Shown piece by piece: positions 62,616 through 64,000 of a stretch of DNA of 64,000 nucleotides. A program made the position numbers and the translations under genes. Positions within the stretch are counted from its first letter, which is position 1; the number at the start of each line of letters is the position of its first letter. Source of the DNA: Octopus sinensis (taxonomy: Eukaryota); NCBI RefSeq assembly GCF_006345805.1, contig NC_043014.1:47120001-47184000 (forward strand), written 5' to 3'. Below the pieces are notes generated by a model. The model was not told where the DNA came from, did not search any database, and saw only the letters and a list, made by a program, of their open reading frames with translations.

Positions 62616-62662
62616 AAAATCTGTTACTCTGAGTTTCTCGTTGCCGTTCATCAGACAGTTTT
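62616..62662 (-). ncRNA. Minimal type I hammerhead ribozyme motif (second Penelope-like family)
   Basis: Minus strand AAAACTGT-CTGATGA-ACG gcaa CGA-GAAA-CTCAGAG-TA-ACAGATTTT: intact core, GNRA-capped short stem II, pseudo-palindromic stem III, GUA triplet. Confidence 0.7.
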
Positions 62663-62666
62663 TGCT

Positions 62667-62730
<64 letters not shown>

Positions 62731-62741
62731 TATATATACAT

Positions 62742-62780
<39 letters not shown>

Positions 62781-64000
62781 CACACACACACACACATATA
62801 TATATATATGTATGTATGTCATTACATACATGCTCACAATGGCAAGCTTACATTTGATGTACAGCGGGAGGTTCAAATAGTCTTTTCCCTTCTACCTGTT
62901 GGTAGATTTCATTTTCCTTTATACCTGAGCCCCCCTCCCACCTTTCACACTCTCTCTCTAATCGCTACATCTCTCGTTCCCCTTTCTCCTCTTCTCTCTA
63001 TCTCTCTCATTCTATTTTCTTACTCTCCATCACTCATGATTTCATTTCATCTTTACTCCTTTCCCTTCTCATTAATCTCTCTCTCACTCTTTCTCTCTAT
63101 GTTTTCTTTTCTTCATCGCTCTCCCTCTTTCTTTCATCATTTTACTTCTCTGATTTGTGGTTTTATTCTTCTCTCACTACTCCCCTCTTGAGTTTTTCAT
63201 ACTCTCTAATCGTTTCTATTTCACCTCTCTCACAACGCCGGTCTTTTCTCCCTCGTTGTTCCATATATATATCTCTCTCCCTTTTTTCTTTCTCTTGATA
63301 CTCCCCTGCCTCCCTTTGTGTCTCCGTAGTATCTCTTCCACATGTACCCCCCCTTCCTCCTGCATACAACTCTATAATCTTTTCCCCCACTACTACCACG
63401 ACCTCCCTCGCCCAACCAAACCACGCCCCCACCATGTGACTTTACTCAGTATTTTTGCATCTGACCGTTGTGATGTCTGAGGAGTAAACAGAGAAATTTG
63501 ATGTCCTCTCTTTATTAAACAAGATCATGTAATAAAGAGCATTTCTCGGGCATTAGATAGAAAGCAAACTATTATTGTAGAATATATCTGTTCTGTAGAG
63601 TTCACCTTCATTTTCCTATTCCATGTGCGCCTTTATCGGAGTAAAACAAATCTCCCGTGGCTGGGGTCCCTTATATAAAGTTAGTATGGCAGATGTTGAA
63701 TGGGAAAGAGAAAGTGGCTATAATATAACTTCGCGTAATGCCTTGTGGTTGTTCTGTAACTCAGGTCAGACCTGATCCCGTAGCCTTCCGATTAAAGACT
63801 ATCATTTTGGACATTATTCAATGTGTTCATTTTAAAGGCGATATAATAAAAATTTGGTTACATTTACTAGCAGGTCGAGCAATTACACAGAGACTTCTTC
63901 GAATGCCATTTATATTCGGAGTCCAAATATTGCTAAGATTCAACTTCGACTTTCACATGGGTCCAATTTATCTTCTTGTAATAATATCGTAAATAAATCT

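Overview
Eukaryotic, AT-rich, repeat-dense genomic DNA. The SINE families and microsatellite load point to an octopus/coleoid cephalopod (inference). One complete protein-coding gene can be built on the + strand: an 8-exon equilibrative nucleoside transporter 4 / PMAT (SLC29A4-like), CDS 11354..29892, 1701 nt, 566 aa, all introns GT-AG with matching phases. The rest is SINEs of at least five families, LINE fragments (CR1, RTE), Tc1/mariner relics, MITEs, Penelope-like fragments, minisatellites and large microsatellites, plus a 100-N gap. Most notable unannotated signals: (1) two different minimal hammerhead ribozyme motifs of Penelope type, one in sense orientation in ENT4 intron 6 and one at 62.6 kb whose sister copy has been turned into a perfect 31-bp hairpin; (2) an indel-free 109-nt hairpin just before the first poly(A) signal of ENT4; (3) a twin-primed RTE insertion with an exact TSD; (4) a fold-back element whose arms are tRNA-like; (5) a SINE-like element with a variable array of 67-bp hairpin monomers; (6) a cluster of RFX X-boxes near a decayed coiled-coil terminal exon. 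No CRISPR array or intact rRNA/tRNA gene was seen. All structures were read by eye; no searches or folding programs were run, and repeat boundaries are approximate unless a TSD is given.
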